DNA of 64,000 nucleotides from Acutalibacteraceae bacterium (GTDB taxonomy: Bacteria; Bacillota; Clostridia; Oscillospirales; Acutalibacteraceae), in contig JAZNVT010000025.1 in NCBI GenBank assembly GCA_045592945.1, positions 45,655-109,654 on the forward strand, written 5' to 3'. This document shows, piece by piece, positions 36,639 through 47,357 of this stretch. The first letter of the stretch is position 1, and each line of letters opens with the position of its first letter. A model generated the notes under the pieces. The model saw only the letters and a list, made by a program, of their open reading frames with translations. It was not told the origin of the DNA and did not search any database. The translations under genes and the position numbers were made by a program.

Positions 36639-38840
36639 ATGAAAACTATCAAAGATGCAAGATTCATACGTCAGGCTGCTGATTTCGGTGAAATCAGACC
36701 CGTTTTCAAGAAGGTTGTTTGGTTAGATAAGCCCGTTAGAAAAGCATCTCTTTTCTGCTCCGCTTTAGGCTATTACGAGGCATACCTTAACAACCAAAGA
36801 GTAGGAAAATTTATTTTCGCTCCCGGTTGGACTACCTACGGTAAAAGACTTCAGTATCAGGAATATAACGTTACAAATCTTCTTGAAGAGTGCAATACTC
36901 TTGATATTGCTCTGGGTAACGGTATGCGTTTTCACGGTAACCCACACGAAAATTACGAAAGCATAACCTCAAGAGAGGATGCTCTTATTGCTGCACTCGT
37001 TATTGAATATGAGGACGGCACAGAGGATTTTATCCCCACTGACTCTAGCTGGAAATGCAGTAAATCAAATATCGTTTATTCTCACGTTTATAACGGTGAA
37101 ACCGTTGATTTTACTATGAATACGGACGAGGAATTCCCCGTTAAAGAGCTTCCTGATATCAATATGGATATCCTTATTGAAACCGAGGGTGAGGAAGTAA
37201 GAGAAATGACTCGCCTTAATGCAATAGAGCTTATCAAAACTCCCAAGGGCGAAACAGTTATTGACTTCGGTCAGAATCTTACGGGCTACGTTGAATGGAG
37301 CGTGCCTGCAAAAAAGGGTAAGGAATTCAAGCTTTATCACGCAGAAATTCTTGATAAAGACGGTAACTTCTACACCGAAAACTTAAGAGGTGCGAAAGCA
37401 CAGGTTTCGGTTATTTCTGACGGTGTTGAAAGAGTATATAAGCCTCATTTTTCCTTCCAGGGCTTCCGTTATATTAAGCTTGAGGGCTTCGAGGAGGAAG
37501 ATATTAATTTAGAAAGCTTCACCGCAGTTGTTGTTTTCTCGGATATGAAGAGAATCGGCTATTTTGCTTGCGGTAACGACCTTGTTCAACAGCTTTATGA
37601 AAATATCGTCTGGGGTCTCAGAGGCAACTTCCTTGACGTGCCTACAGACTGTCCTCAGAGAGATGAAAGGCTTGGTTGGACGGGTGATGCTCAGGTTTTT
37701 GCCCGCACCGCTTCTACTACATACAGAACAGATAAATTCTTCAGAAAATGGTTGCACGACCTTGCTGCCGACCAACGTGAAAACGGTGCTATTACAGACG
37801 TTTGTCCCGACCTTCAACGTTGGGAATCTTACGGCTCTTCTGCCTGGGCAGATGCCTCTGTTATCGTGCCTTATCAGGTTTATGCCACATACGGTGATAA
37901 AACCATAATTGAAGAACAATTTGAGTCAATGAAAAAATGGATTGACTTTATGGAAAATAACGGTACCGAAAAAGGTCTTTTTGATGCTCACGAGCTTCAT
38001 TTCGGCGACTGGCTTTCTCTTGATGCGGGTAACGAAGCAACAGGCGGTCTTACCGATAAAAATCTTATAGGCTCCGCCTACCTTGCTTACTCAAACTCTC
38101 TCTTTATAAAAATGGGTAAGGCTATCGGCAAGGATATGTCTTACTACGAGGATCTTTATGAGCATTCAATAAAAGCCTATAGAAAGAAATTCCTTAATAC
38201 AGGTAAAACCGAGCATGAAACCCAGACCTCAAACGTACTTGCTCTTCACTTTAACCTTACCGATAACAGAGAGCGAGAGGCAGAAAAGCTTGTAAAAGAT
38301 ATTGAAGCCTGCGGTCACCTTAAAACAGGCTTCGTAGGTACACCCTATCTTCTTCATACTCTTACCGAAATCGGCAGGGCTGACCTTGCATACAAGCTTC
38401 TTTTAAGAAAAGAATTCCCCTCATGGCTTTTCCCCGTTACAAGAGGCTCAACAACAATGTGGGAACGCTGGGACGGTATGAAGGAGGACGGCTCCTTCGC
38501 AACTCCCGAAATGAACTCCTTTAACCATTACGCCTACGGCTCAGTTGGTGACTGGCTTTATAAGACAGTTGCAGGTATTGACTACGATATCAACGAGCCC
38601 GGCTACAAGCATATAATCTTCAGACCTCTTCCCTGCAAGGCTCTCGGCTACGCTAAAGCAAGAATTATCACCGACAACGGCGATATTATTTCAGGCTGGG
38701 AATATACAGGCAAGGGCAACGAATGTAAATTTACCTTTACTATCCCCAACGGCTGTCACGCTACTCTTTACCTTGATAACGAAGAGTACGAATTCGAAAG
38801 CGGTACTTATGATACTGTTTTTGAGTATGAGGGAATATAA
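36639..38840 (+). CDS. Alpha-L-rhamnosidase, GH78
   Basis: FRYIKLEG and DCPQRDERLGWTGD hallmark blocks. No signal peptide. Confidence 0.85.
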   Translation: MKTIKDARFIRQAADFGEIRPVFKKVVWLDKPVRKASLFCSALGYYEAYLNNQRVGKFIFAPGWTTYGKRLQYQEYNVTNLLEECNTLDIALGNGMRFHGNPHENYESITSREDALIAALVIEYEDGTEDFIPTDSSWKCSKSNIVYSHVYNGETVDFTMNTDEEFPVKELPDINMDILIETEGEEVREMTRLNAIELIKTPKGETVIDFGQNLTGYVEWSVPAKKGKEFKLYHAEILDKDGNFYTENLRGAKAQVSVISDGVERVYKPHFSFQGFRYIKLEGFEEEDINLESFTAVVVFSDMKRIGYFACGNDLVQQLYENIVWGLRGNFLDVPTDCPQRDERLGWTGDAQVFARTASTTYRTDKFFRKWLHDLAADQRENGAITDVCPDLQRWESYGSSAWADASVIVPYQVYATYGDKTIIEEQFESMKKWIDFMENNGTEKGLFDAHELHFGDWLSLDAGNEATGGLTDKNLIGSAYLAYSNSLFIKMGKAIGKDMSYYEDLYEHSIKAYRKKFLNTGKTEHETQTSNVLALHFNLTDNREREAEKLVKDIEACGHLKTGFVGTPYLLHTLTEIGRADLAYKLLLRKEFPSWLFPVTRGSTTMWERWDGMKEDGSFATPEMNSFNHYAYGSVGDWLYKTVAGIDYDINEPGYKHIIFRPLPCKALGYAKARIITDNGDIISGWEYTGKGNECKFTFTIPNGCHATLYLDNEEYEFESGTYDTVFEYEGI

Positions 38841-39175
38841 AAAAATGGCAAATTGCAAATGGGAAATGGCAAATGAAGATGCCGGATGCCAGAGGCGAGC
38901 ACACGATTTAGTGAGGAGTGTGGAGTTAGGAGTTAGGAGTGAAGGGGCACTTCGTGCCGATTATAGAGCTTCGCAAGAAGTAAAACTTAAATATTTGCGA
39001 TAGCCTTGCCTCCCTGTGCGAAGCATAGGGAGGGGGACCGTTCTTTGATATATTTTAAAAGTTGACAGACAGTATATTTCGCGTGATATACTGTCTGTTA
39101 TTTGTTTATTAAAGCGGAACGGTGGTGGGTAGTTCTCTTACGTCTTAGGTTTAGACGGATAGAAAAACCATTTAT
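38841..39175. repeat. Arm module, copy B left arm (inverted orientation)
   Basis: Reverse complement aligns with 35401-35670 and 39711-40002. Starts directly after the GH78 stop codon. Confidence 0.8.
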
Positions 39176-39710
39176 CCCTCTTTTTTTACGCAGTAAAAAA
39201 GGAGGGGGGACCAAAAGCTTGTCTTTTGGTGGGTGATACCCGACGTGAGACCCCGAACGTCGTGAAACCGTAGGTTTCATTGACACAAACTTATCTTTTC
39301 AAATAAAGTTTGGTAGTAATTCGTTTACCGTTATACGTTATTGTATGGGTGAGTTTATTTACGTGGTACACCCAGAGGGATTTTCCTTACAGTTGTTCTT
39401 TTTTGGTATCTCATAACTGTAAGGTTATTACCTTTGAATCTAACGATTCAACTACGCTCCTTTGTCGCGTAGGGTACCACCCACCGCCCCGACTCAGTAA
39501 CAAATAAAGGATAGTATATTCACACGAAATATACTATCCTTTAATTTTAAATTTATTGAAGGTCGGTCAACCGGTTACAATATAGTCGTCTTGCTCGTTA
39601 TTCACTTCGCAATACTCCTTATTGTGCCCAGAGCTTATTGTTCGCTTCATCTACCACTGGCAGCGCTCACAAACGCTCCCCCTCTTTTTTACCTACGGTA
39701 AAAAAGAGGG
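39176..39710. repeat. Core of modular repeat / candidate large structured RNA, copy B (carries a ~108-nt insertion at 39569-39676)
   Basis: Aligns with 34935-35400. Helices 39176-39212 / 39677-39710 and 39228-39241 / 39472-39485. Confidence 0.8.
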
Positions 39711-40002
39711 ATAAATAGTTCTTCTATCCGTCTAAACCTAAGACGTAAAAGAACTACCCACCACCAAAAGCAAAGCTTTTGGTCCCCCTCCCTATTTTCT
39801 GCGAAAACAGGGATGAAAAGCTTCGCAAAATTTTAACTTATACTCCTTGCGAAGCTTTACAATCGGCACGAAGTGCCCCTTCACTCCTCACTCCACACTC
39901 CTCACTTAATAGTGAACGAAGCCTCTGGCATCGGGTATCTGGCATCTATATAATTGCCAACGCAGTTCCGAAATTTGCCACTTGCCACTTGCAATTTCCA
40001 AC
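39711..40002. repeat. Arm module, copy B right arm
   Basis: Aligns with 35401-35670. Inverted with respect to 38841-39175. Confidence 0.8.
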
Positions 40003-40003
40003 T

Positions 40004-40038
40004 AAAAAAGAGATGACGTTTAGTCATCTCTTTTTTTT
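40004..40038. terminator. Bidirectional terminator
   Basis: A6-GAGATGAC-gttta-GTCATCTC-T8. Confidence 0.7.
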
Positions 40039-40041
40039 AGC

Positions 40042-40971
40042 TTATTTCAAAATCTTTTCGCCGTCGAATACGATAACACCGTGACCGCTACCTGTTTTAC
40101 CACCGCTTAAAACGTGGTCCTTAAAGGCTTTTCTCAAGGAGTTGTCGGTGGGCCATTTTTTAGGTGACATATAGCCGTATTTACCCATAATTCTCCAGGC
40201 ATCGTTAAATTTATCTTTAGCGTTGCTTTCGATAATTTCAAAGTCGTCCATAAATTTAAGAACGTTTGATTTGGGATTTAAGAAATCTCTGTGACCCTCG
40301 TAAAGAAGCCATGAGCCACATTCAAAAATCATAAGACCGTCTTCTCTGCGGCAATCCTTAAAGAATTCGTAAGCTCTCTTATATGAATCAAGTCTTACGT
40401 CGTCAGTAAGAGAAACGCCTGAAGAGGGGATATGGAAGCCTACAGTTTTATCACCTTTTTTTATTGTGATACCGCAAGAGGAGGTGTAATCATCTCTGCC
40501 GAAGGTTGAGTATTCAAACTGGAATCTGCCGAGGGCAAAACGGTTAAGCTTGTAGAAGCCGTCAAACCAACCACCAACAAAGGTACCGTATTTTTCTTTA
40601 CAGTCAACACATTCGTCGAATTTGTATTTTAAGTCCTGCATTGTATCCCAGAAAAGCTCGTCACTTAAGTTAGCCTCTTTGTAAAGGTTATGCATTCTTT
40701 CGCTACAAACCAAAAGGAAAACAAAGTGAAGAGAGTATTTGTTTACCTTATGCCAAAATGCAATTTTTGAAAGCTCATCCATTGCTTTGCCGAAATCGTG
40801 AGCTTCGGGGTACATATATGTATTAATAACCTCGTCAAATCTCTTTGAAAACAAATTGCTTTTTTCTATTTTGTTTGCGATTTTCTCAAAAAGCTCTTTT
40901 GCTTCCTCGGGAAGACCCAATCTTTTTTCAACCTCTAAAAAATGTTCGTTGCAATATTTCATTGTAGCCAT
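40042..40971 (-). CDS. Hypothetical protein (possibly DUF5596 / GNAT-like C-terminal domain family)
   Basis: 309-aa soluble ORF. Family assignment from memory is weak. Confidence 0.4.
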   Translation of the reverse strand: MATMKYCNEHFLEVEKRLGLPEEAKELFEKIANKIEKSNLFSKRFDEVINTYMYPEAHDFGKAMDELSKIAFWHKVNKYSLHFVFLLVCSERMHNLYKEANLSDELFWDTMQDLKYKFDECVDCKEKYGTFVGGWFDGFYKLNRFALGRFQFEYSTFGRDDYTSSCGITIKKGDKTVGFHIPSSGVSLTDDVRLDSYKRAYEFFKDCRREDGLMIFECGSWLLYEGHRDFLNPKSNVLKFMDDFEIIESNAKDKFNDAWRIMGKYGYMSPKKWPTDNSLRKAFKDHVLSGGKTGSGHGVIVFDGEKILK

Positions 40972-40985
40972 ACTTCCTTTATAAA

Positions 40986-42344
40986 TTAATTCTTAAGACT
41001 GTTAAGGGGAGCTGGGATTCTGCCTCCTCTTGAAATAAAATCAAAGCTGCTTTCCTTGTGGACGGGCATAACGGGTGCCGTGCCTAAAAGACCGCCCATT
41101 TCAATTGAATCACCAACTGTTTTGTTAGGTGCGGGGATAATTCTTACAGCAGTTGTTTTATTGTTTATCATACCAATAGCGGCTTCGTCGGCAATGATTG
41201 CAGAAATTGTTTCTGCAGAGGTATCACCGGGAACAGCTATCATATCAAGACCAACAGAGCATACGCAGGTCATAGCCTCTAATTTATCAAGTGTAAGAGT
41301 GCCTTTTTCTGCGGCGGCAATCATACCCTCATCCTCTGAAACGGGGATAAATGCGCCTGAAAGACCGCCAACGCTTGAGGAAGCCATAACGCCTCCTTTT
41401 TTAACTGCATCGTTAAGAAGCGCAAGTGCTGCGGTTGTACCGTGAGTACCGCAAACCTCAACACCGATTTCCTCAAGAATTCTTGCAACAGAGTCACCGG
41501 TTGCGGGTGTGGGTGCAAGGCTCAAGTCAACTATGCCGAATTCTGCACCAAGGCGTTTTGAAGCCTCGCAAGCAATAAGCTGACCCATTCTTGTAATCTT
41601 AAATGCAGTTTTCTTTATGGTTTCAGCAACAACGTCAAAGGGCTCGCCCTTGATACCCTTAAGTGCGTTATAAACAACGCCGGGACCTGAAACGCCAACG
41701 TTTATAGCACATTCAGGCTCGCCTACACCGTGGAAGGCGCCCGCCATAAAGGGATTATCTTCAACTGCGTTACAGAATACAACAAGCTTTGCACAGCCGA
41801 AGCCGTCACGGTCTTTAGTTATATCTGCAGTTTTCTTTATGGTTTCACCCATAAGCTTTACGGCATCCATATTTATACCCGCCCTTGTAGAGCCAACGTT
41901 TACTGAAGAGCAAACGAAATCAGTACAAGCGAGTGCCTCGGGGATGGAATTAATAAGACGTCTGTCACCGATAGTAAAGCCTTTTTGAACAAGGGCAGAG
42001 AAACCGCCTATAAAGTTCACACCGCATTCCTTTGCCGCTTTATCAAGTGCTTTTGCGAAAATAGTGTAATCCTCGGTTTCACAGCTTTCAGCCGCAATAG
42101 CAATAGGTGTTACAGAGATTCGTTTGTTAATAATCGGAATACCCATCTCTCGTTCAAGGTCTTCACCTGTTTTAACGAGATTCTCTGCATATTTTGTGAT
42201 TTTATCATACATCTTCTGCGCACAGATTACAGGGTCGGGATGAGCGCAGTTTCTTAAAGAAATACCCATAGTTATAGTACGGATATCAAGATGCTGATTA
42301 TCAATCATATTTAGAGTTTCAATTATTTCACGCTGATTGATCAT
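40986..42344 (-). CDS. UPF0210 (DUF711, PFL-like) family protein
   Basis: N terminus [26 protein letters not shown]. Classic pairing with an upstream ACT protein. Confidence 0.8.
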   Translation of the reverse strand: MINQREIIETLNMIDNQHLDIRTITMGISLRNCAHPDPVICAQKMYDKITKYAENLVKTGEDLEREMGIPIINKRISVTPIAIAAESCETEDYTIFAKALDKAAKECGVNFIGGFSALVQKGFTIGDRRLINSIPEALACTDFVCSSVNVGSTRAGINMDAVKLMGETIKKTADITKDRDGFGCAKLVVFCNAVEDNPFMAGAFHGVGEPECAINVGVSGPGVVYNALKGIKGEPFDVVAETIKKTAFKITRMGQLIACEASKRLGAEFGIVDLSLAPTPATGDSVARILEEIGVEVCGTHGTTAALALLNDAVKKGGVMASSSVGGLSGAFIPVSEDEGMIAAAEKGTLTLDKLEAMTCVCSVGLDMIAVPGDTSAETISAIIADEAAIGMINNKTTAVRIIPAPNKTVGDSIEMGGLLGTAPVMPVHKESSFDFISRGGRIPAPLNSLKN

Positions 42345-42352
42345 ATTACACC

Positions 42353-42622
42353 TCAGATTTTGTGCATAGCATCAAAAATTTCTTCTTTTTGTATACGGAT
42401 GCTAACACCTAAACGCTCGCCCTCTTTGTCGAGTGCTTCAACAATCTGAGCGTAGTCAACGTTAGCATTTTTGATATCAACAAGCATATTCATTGTGAAC
42501 ATATTCTCAAGAACAGTCTGGCTGATATCAAGGATGTTTACGTTTATTTTTTCAAGGGCTACACAAACACCGGCTATAATGCCGACCTTGTCTTTACCTA
42601 CAACGGTTATAATAGCATTCAT
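42353..42622 (-). CDS. ACT domain protein, UPF0237 family
   Basis: [28 protein letters not shown]. Confidence 0.8.
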   Translation of the reverse strand: MNAIITVVGKDKVGIIAGVCVALEKINVNILDISQTVLENMFTMNMLVDIKNANVDYAQIVEALDKEGERLGVSIRIQKEEIFDAMHKI

Positions 42623-42744
42623 ATTAAGTACCTCTCTAACCAATATTTAATTCATTTTATCACAAGTAGAAATAGATTACAATAAAAAACAAAAAGAAAA
42701 ACGACTGTTCTGTGAAGAACAGTCGTAATTTTTATAGATTTTTA

Positions 42745-44244
42745 TCAGTTAAGAGCATCCCAAAGAATCTGGAAGAATTCCATTGAACCGAGAAGTCTTA
42801 CGAGAGTATCGGGGATGAAGCTTAAAATCCACCAGAAATCAGTGAAATCCTTTGCTTCAGCTTCGGGAGCTTCCTCATACTCAAGAAGCATAGCCTGAGT
42901 ATAAGCGATACCGCCGACACCGAAAACCTCAGCTCTTACGTAGCTGCCGATATATTTTGAATAATCGTCAAGGTCAATAGAATCGCCGTAAGCAATTGTT
43001 TCACCGTCTGCAATCCAACGAACACAAAGACCGTCTGTTACGTTAAGAGTGATTGTATCGTCACCGTCGTCAACGATTACGGAGTTAATAACGGGAGCAT
43101 CAACGTCAAGAGGAGCTTCGTATTTTGCATCGTAATCTGTTTTCTGTCTTTCAAGGATATCGTTAGCAATAGCAACTGCTTCTGCGTTACCGTTAGCATT
43201 TTCGAGAAGATAGTTTGCAATCTCTTCAAGCTCTTCGTGGTTGCCTAAGCATTTACTTGAGGGGAAGAAAGCACCTGTTTTCATTGATGTATAAAGAGCA
43301 TCAACTGTCTGCTCAGGCATAAGCATTTCAGTATAGCCTGTGTAAGCAGCGTCAGTGCTGTGAGCGTCACTTGTTGCAATTGCGAAAACGTTTCTGCCTG
43401 TGGGAGCAAGGTTCATAAGAAGGATGTCCCAAAGCTTTCTGTCAAAACGTGTTCTTGAGTCGCCCTTACTGTTGATATCAATACCTAAGCAAGAATCATA
43501 TGTAGCAAGGAGGCTTGTGAATTTGTCAATGTAATATTTATAGAATGTATCGTTATAATCGTAAGCATCAGCTGTGCATTCTTCGTCACGGGCATTGGTG
43601 TATTCGCCGGGGTGGTTAATAACTGAAAGACCGCCCATTTCGTGAACTGCTTTAATGGGTGTTTCATAGTCGCTTGTACCGCCGAGAACACCGTTACCGT
43701 AATCAGCAAACCATGTGTTTACGTGAGCGTTGTTAAGTGAGCTGGGGTTCTGTTCGTTTGCGTAAGGAACGCGAAGCATTTTGTGGTCAGGAGTTGTTTC
43801 CTGGAAATAGTAATCGCCACCGTTTTCAGTAACAACCTGATAGGGCACACCTTCGAAGGTAAGACCGCCTGATGCCTCAAGAGCAACCATTTCTGTATTA
43901 GGGTTTCTCATATCAACGAAAACCTTAAGGGCGGGGATAACCTGCTGCTCTGTCCAGCTGTAGCTTGTAAGACCGTGGTCAGAGGTTGCGTAAATATCGA
44001 AGCCGTAGTCGTAGTTGATTTCAATCATATCCTTAAGAGAGCTACGACCGTCAGATGCGGTTGTATGAGTATGAAGGTCAGCCTTGTACTGATTCCAGGA
44101 CCAGTCAACGTCTGCATAAGGGCTTATGATTGTGTAGTCACGTTCGGCACCTGCAGCATAAACGCCTGTTGAAAGAACACCTGCAAGAAGTGCAACAACA
44201 CAAATAACGGAGATAAATTTTTTAATTTTTCTCATTGTAGTCAC
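42745..44244 (-). CDS. Secreted PHP-domain (polymerase/histidinol phosphatase-like) metal-dependent phosphoesterase
   Basis: Signal peptide, then DLHTHTTASDG and ATSDH. Confidence 0.7.
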   Translation of the reverse strand: MTTMRKIKKFISVICVVALLAGVLSTGVYAAGAERDYTIISPYADVDWSWNQYKADLHTHTTASDGRSSLKDMIEINYDYGFDIYATSDHGLTSYSWTEQQVIPALKVFVDMRNPNTEMVALEASGGLTFEGVPYQVVTENGGDYYFQETTPDHKMLRVPYANEQNPSSLNNAHVNTWFADYGNGVLGGTSDYETPIKAVHEMGGLSVINHPGEYTNARDEECTADAYDYNDTFYKYYIDKFTSLLATYDSCLGIDINSKGDSRTRFDRKLWDILLMNLAPTGRNVFAIATSDAHSTDAAYTGYTEMLMPEQTVDALYTSMKTGAFFPSSKCLGNHEELEEIANYLLENANGNAEAVAIANDILERQKTDYDAKYEAPLDVDAPVINSVIVDDGDDTITLNVTDGLCVRWIADGETIAYGDSIDLDDYSKYIGSYVRAEVFGVGGIAYTQAMLLEYEEAPEAEAKDFTDFWWILSFIPDTLVRLLGSMEFFQILWDALN

Positions 44245-44265
44245 CTTTCTTTATTTTTGAATTTA

Positions 44266-45705
44266 TTATTTAGTTTTTAAAAATTCTTTCGGGTTTTTCA
44301 TTTGAGCAATAGCTTCCTCACGGGTGATTTTGCCGTTGTTTGCTTCTGTCATAAGCTGAACGTCGTGGTCAGATAATCTGTAAAGCATCCAACAAATAGC
44401 ACCGAGAGCAACACCGATTGCGGGTACCATTATGAAGATGAACCATAAGCCTTCAAGTGTTTCGGGAGTCTGAGTAATACCAAGCTCCTTAAGCTGCTCG
44501 AAGTTTTCTGCTGCAGAAACGTCCTTCCAACCGATAACACCAAGAAGGAAGAGTGAAAGAGCAGATGAAACAGCGCCTGTAAGCTTAACCATAAAGGTCT
44601 GAATAGCGAAGGTGATACCCTTTGCCTCAATACCTGTTTTGAATTTACCGTATTCTGCGCAGTCGGGTGTGAACATAAATACCATAACGCCCATAACGCC
44701 CTGAGGAATAGCACGGAGTACGCAAAGCACGATAAAGAGAACCATATTGCTGTAGCCGATGAGCCACATAACAATACTGAGGGCAACCTGAAGCACAGCA
44801 CAAGTAAGATAAATCTTCATCTTGTCGTACTTTGCAACGAACTTGGGAACAAGAGCTGCGAATACGAGCATAGGTAATGCTGAAAGCACCATAACTACCA
44901 TACTGAACATTGAGTTGTTGAAAAGGTAGAAGGAAACGAAAAGATTAAGTGCATTCATTATGTTCAATGAGCTGTTGAAGAAGTAACCGAAGTAGTAAAG
45001 AAGAAGATTCTTGTTTGAGAAAAGATATTTAAACATCTTTCTGATTGTGAAGCTTTCGTCAACCTCACCGCCGCAACGCTCAACACCGTATTTGCAGATG
45101 GGATACATTGTAGCAATAGCACCGATAGCAACAACGATTGAAACGATGCTATAAGAAAGACCAACGCCTTCACCAACAAGAATTGTTGCGATAACAGTTG
45201 AAATACCTGAGCCTAAACCGCCCCAGATACTCTTGTAGGACTGTAAAGCAGTTCTTTCATCAACTCTTTCAGTCATTGCGGTGACCATACCGTAAATCGG
45301 CACATCGCAAAGAGTATAAGCAGTATCCCAAAGCATATATGTAATTGCATACCAAGCTAATTTAAAGGCTTCGCTGCCGTCTTTAGGCATTGAGAAGAGC
45401 AATACAGTTGAAAGGGGAATTGCGAAAAGAGAAATCTTTAACCAAGGGATGAACTTTTTACCGTTTTTAAAACGCACCTTGTCAAATATCGCACCGAAGA
45501 TTGCATCGTTGACAGCATCCCAGATTTTAATAACTAAAGTAATACCTGCCGCTTTTGTAACGTCAAGCCCCTGGAAAAGTAAAGCCGCTGTTAAGAATGA
45601 CGTTACAAGAGTGTAAATCATATTCTGACCGCAGAAATAAACGTAATAGCTTTTACGCTCCTTGTTGGTGGTCTGCCACAAGGGATTCTTATTTGGTTTT
45701 GCCAA
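44266..45705 (-). CDS. GPH-family glycoside/pentoside/hexuronide:cation symporter (MFS)
   Basis: 479 aa, 12 TM. WDAVNDAIFGAIFDK block typical of MelB/GPH. Confidence 0.75.
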   Translation of the reverse strand: MAKPNKNPLWQTTNKERKSYYVYFCGQNMIYTLVTSFLTAALLFQGLDVTKAAGITLVIKIWDAVNDAIFGAIFDKVRFKNGKKFIPWLKISLFAIPLSTVLLFSMPKDGSEAFKLAWYAITYMLWDTAYTLCDVPIYGMVTAMTERVDERTALQSYKSIWGGLGSGISTVIATILVGEGVGLSYSIVSIVVAIGAIATMYPICKYGVERCGGEVDESFTIRKMFKYLFSNKNLLLYYFGYFFNSSLNIMNALNLFVSFYLFNNSMFSMVVMVLSALPMLVFAALVPKFVAKYDKMKIYLTCAVLQVALSIVMWLIGYSNMVLFIVLCVLRAIPQGVMGVMVFMFTPDCAEYGKFKTGIEAKGITFAIQTFMVKLTGAVSSALSLFLLGVIGWKDVSAAENFEQLKELGITQTPETLEGLWFIFIMVPAIGVALGAICWMLYRLSDHDVQLMTEANNGKITREEAIAQMKNPKEFLKTK

Positions 45706-45849
45706 AACATCATCTCCAATTCGTTGGTTACTTGAAATGTGAAGCCACTACCACACATAATAAGTTAATATATATTGTAATACTTTGAAAAAGTAATTAC
45801 AAGTATCAAGTTTAATGAAAAAATAAAAGGATTTATGTGCATAAAGCAA

Positions 45850-45887
45850 AAAAATTGCCGTCAGATTTTTCTGACAGCAATTTTTTA
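45850..45887. terminator. Bidirectional terminator
   Basis: ATTGCCGTCAG..CTGACAGCAAT with flanking A and T runs. Confidence 0.6.
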
Positions 45888-45897
45888 TAAAATCTAA

Positions 45898-46071
45898 TTA
45901 TTTATCTTCTTTTGTCTTTGGGCGCGAGCCTGCTTTGTTAAGGATAGTAACACTGAGAATTATAACACCAACAACAATGAAAATACCAACCATACCTGCA
46001 AGTGAGCAAAGGAGAGCTTCGCCTAAAAATTCTGTTGAGAAATTCAACATGCCAAAAATTTTATCAAACAT
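45898..46071 (-). CDS. Small membrane subunit, OadG-like (not in the ORF track)
   Basis: 57 aa, MFDKIFGMLNFSTEFLGEALLCSLAGMVGIFIVVGVIILSVTILNKAGSRPKTKEDK. Lies 21 nt downstream of the beta-subunit gene. Confidence 0.55.
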   Translation of the reverse strand: MFDKIFGMLNFSTEFLGEALLCSLAGMVGIFIVVGVIILSVTILNKAGSRPKTKEDK

Positions 46072-46092
46072 AAATTAAAACTCCTTTCTCAA

Positions 46093-47250
46093 TTAACCGA
46101 AGAATTTCAAAATCATACCACCGGCAATAACGGAGGCAACCTGACCTGAAACGTTAACACCTGTTGCGTGCATAAGAAGGAAGTTCTGGTTGTCCTCTTC
46201 AAGACCAAGCTTGTGAACAACACGTGATGACATGGGGAATGCAGAGATACCCGCAGCACCAATCATGGGGTTGAATTTCTTTCCTTCGGGGAGGAAAAGG
46301 TTTAAGAATTTTGCGAAAAGCACACCGCCTGCAGTATCGAAAATAAATGCTACAAGACCAAGGCCGAGAATGAGAGCGGTTTCGATTGTAAGGAAAGCCT
46401 CTGCATTCATATTTCTTGCAACTGTGATACCGAGAAGAATTGTAACAAGGTTTGCGAGAACCTTCTGTGCAGTTTCTGAAAGTGAGTCAAGAACGCCACA
46501 TTCTCTGATAAGGTTACCGAACATAAGGAAACCGATAAGAACTGCTGACTGAGGTGATACGATACCTGCAATAATTGAAACGATAATGGGGAAAAGAATT
46601 CTTGTTCTTTTTGAAACTGCTTTGCCCTCGTATTTCATACGAATCTTACGTTCCTTTTTAGTTGTAAGAAGCTTGATAACGGGGGGCTGAACGATAGGAA
46701 CAAGAGCCATATAAGAATATGCGGCAACGATAATAGCACCGATGTACTGTGAATTAAGTGCAGTAGCAACGAAGATTGATGTGGGACCGTCTGCGGCACC
46801 GATAATAGCGATTGACGCAGCCTCGTTGATGGGGAAGAAAAGAGATGCAACAGTAAGAGTAAAGAAAATACCAAACTGTGCGGCTGCACCGAAAATCATA
46901 AGCTTCGGGTTTGAGAGAAGCGGACCAAAGTCAATCATCGCACCGATACCGATGAATAAAAGCAAGGGGAAAAGCTCATTAGCAACACCTGCATTATAGA
47001 GGATTTCAATTGCACCATGCTCTGAAATAACGCCTTCGAAAAGTGCGAGAGGTAAGTTTACAAGAATTGTACCAAAGCCCATAGGTAAGAGGAGTGTAGG
47101 CTCCATATCCTTTGCAATAGCAAGGTAAATAAGAAGGCCGCCTATTGCCCACATTATAAGCATCGGAATAACCTCTGAGGTAAAATCCATTCCTAAAACA
47201 GCATCAAAAATACTAAATATTTTTGAACCTAAATCGGTTACAACGTCCAT
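46093..47250 (-). CDS. Sodium ion-translocating decarboxylase beta subunit (OadB/GcdB/MmdB family)
   Basis: Start MDVVTDLG. Polytopic; LLLPMGFG and GAADGPT blocks. Confidence 0.8.
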   Translation of the reverse strand: MDVVTDLGSKIFSIFDAVLGMDFTSEVIPMLIMWAIGGLLIYLAIAKDMEPTLLLPMGFGTILVNLPLALFEGVISEHGAIEILYNAGVANELFPLLLFIGIGAMIDFGPLLSNPKLMIFGAAAQFGIFFTLTVASLFFPINEAASIAIIGAADGPTSIFVATALNSQYIGAIIVAAYSYMALVPIVQPPVIKLLTTKKERKIRMKYEGKAVSKRTRILFPIIVSIIAGIVSPQSAVLIGFLMFGNLIRECGVLDSLSETAQKVLANLVTILLGITVARNMNAEAFLTIETALILGLGLVAFIFDTAGGVLFAKFLNLFLPEGKKFNPMIGAAGISAFPMSSRVVHKLGLEEDNQNFLLMHATGVNVSGQVASVIAGGMILKFFG

Positions 47251-47310
47251 ATTTTTCCTTCTTTCATTTTTTGTTAGTTTTTGCTTTGATTTTATCTTTA
47301 CCGCGAAAAA

Positions 47311-47339
47311 TTGACAACTTAAAACAGTTGTGTTATTCT
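47311..47339 (+). promoter_or_regulatory. Possible bioY promoter with overlapping small palindrome
   Basis: TTGACA, 17-nt spacer, TATTCT. A CAACT..AGTTG inverted repeat sits in the spacer. Confidence 0.4.
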
Positions 47340-47357
47340 TCAACGGGGTGAAAAGAT

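Noticed and set aside
35538-40084. ORFs inside the repeat elements (35538-35990, 38773-39003, 39098-39286, 39310-39507, 39779-40084).
   Set aside because: None has an RBS. The two element copies differ by indels that are not multiples of three in the corresponding stretches, and conservation follows helices rather than codons. The first also runs antisense into rsmA.
40986-42643. The ACT/UPF0210 pair as something novel.
   Set aside because: It is a widely conserved uncharacterised gene pair in Firmicutes, and nothing is unusual in this copy.
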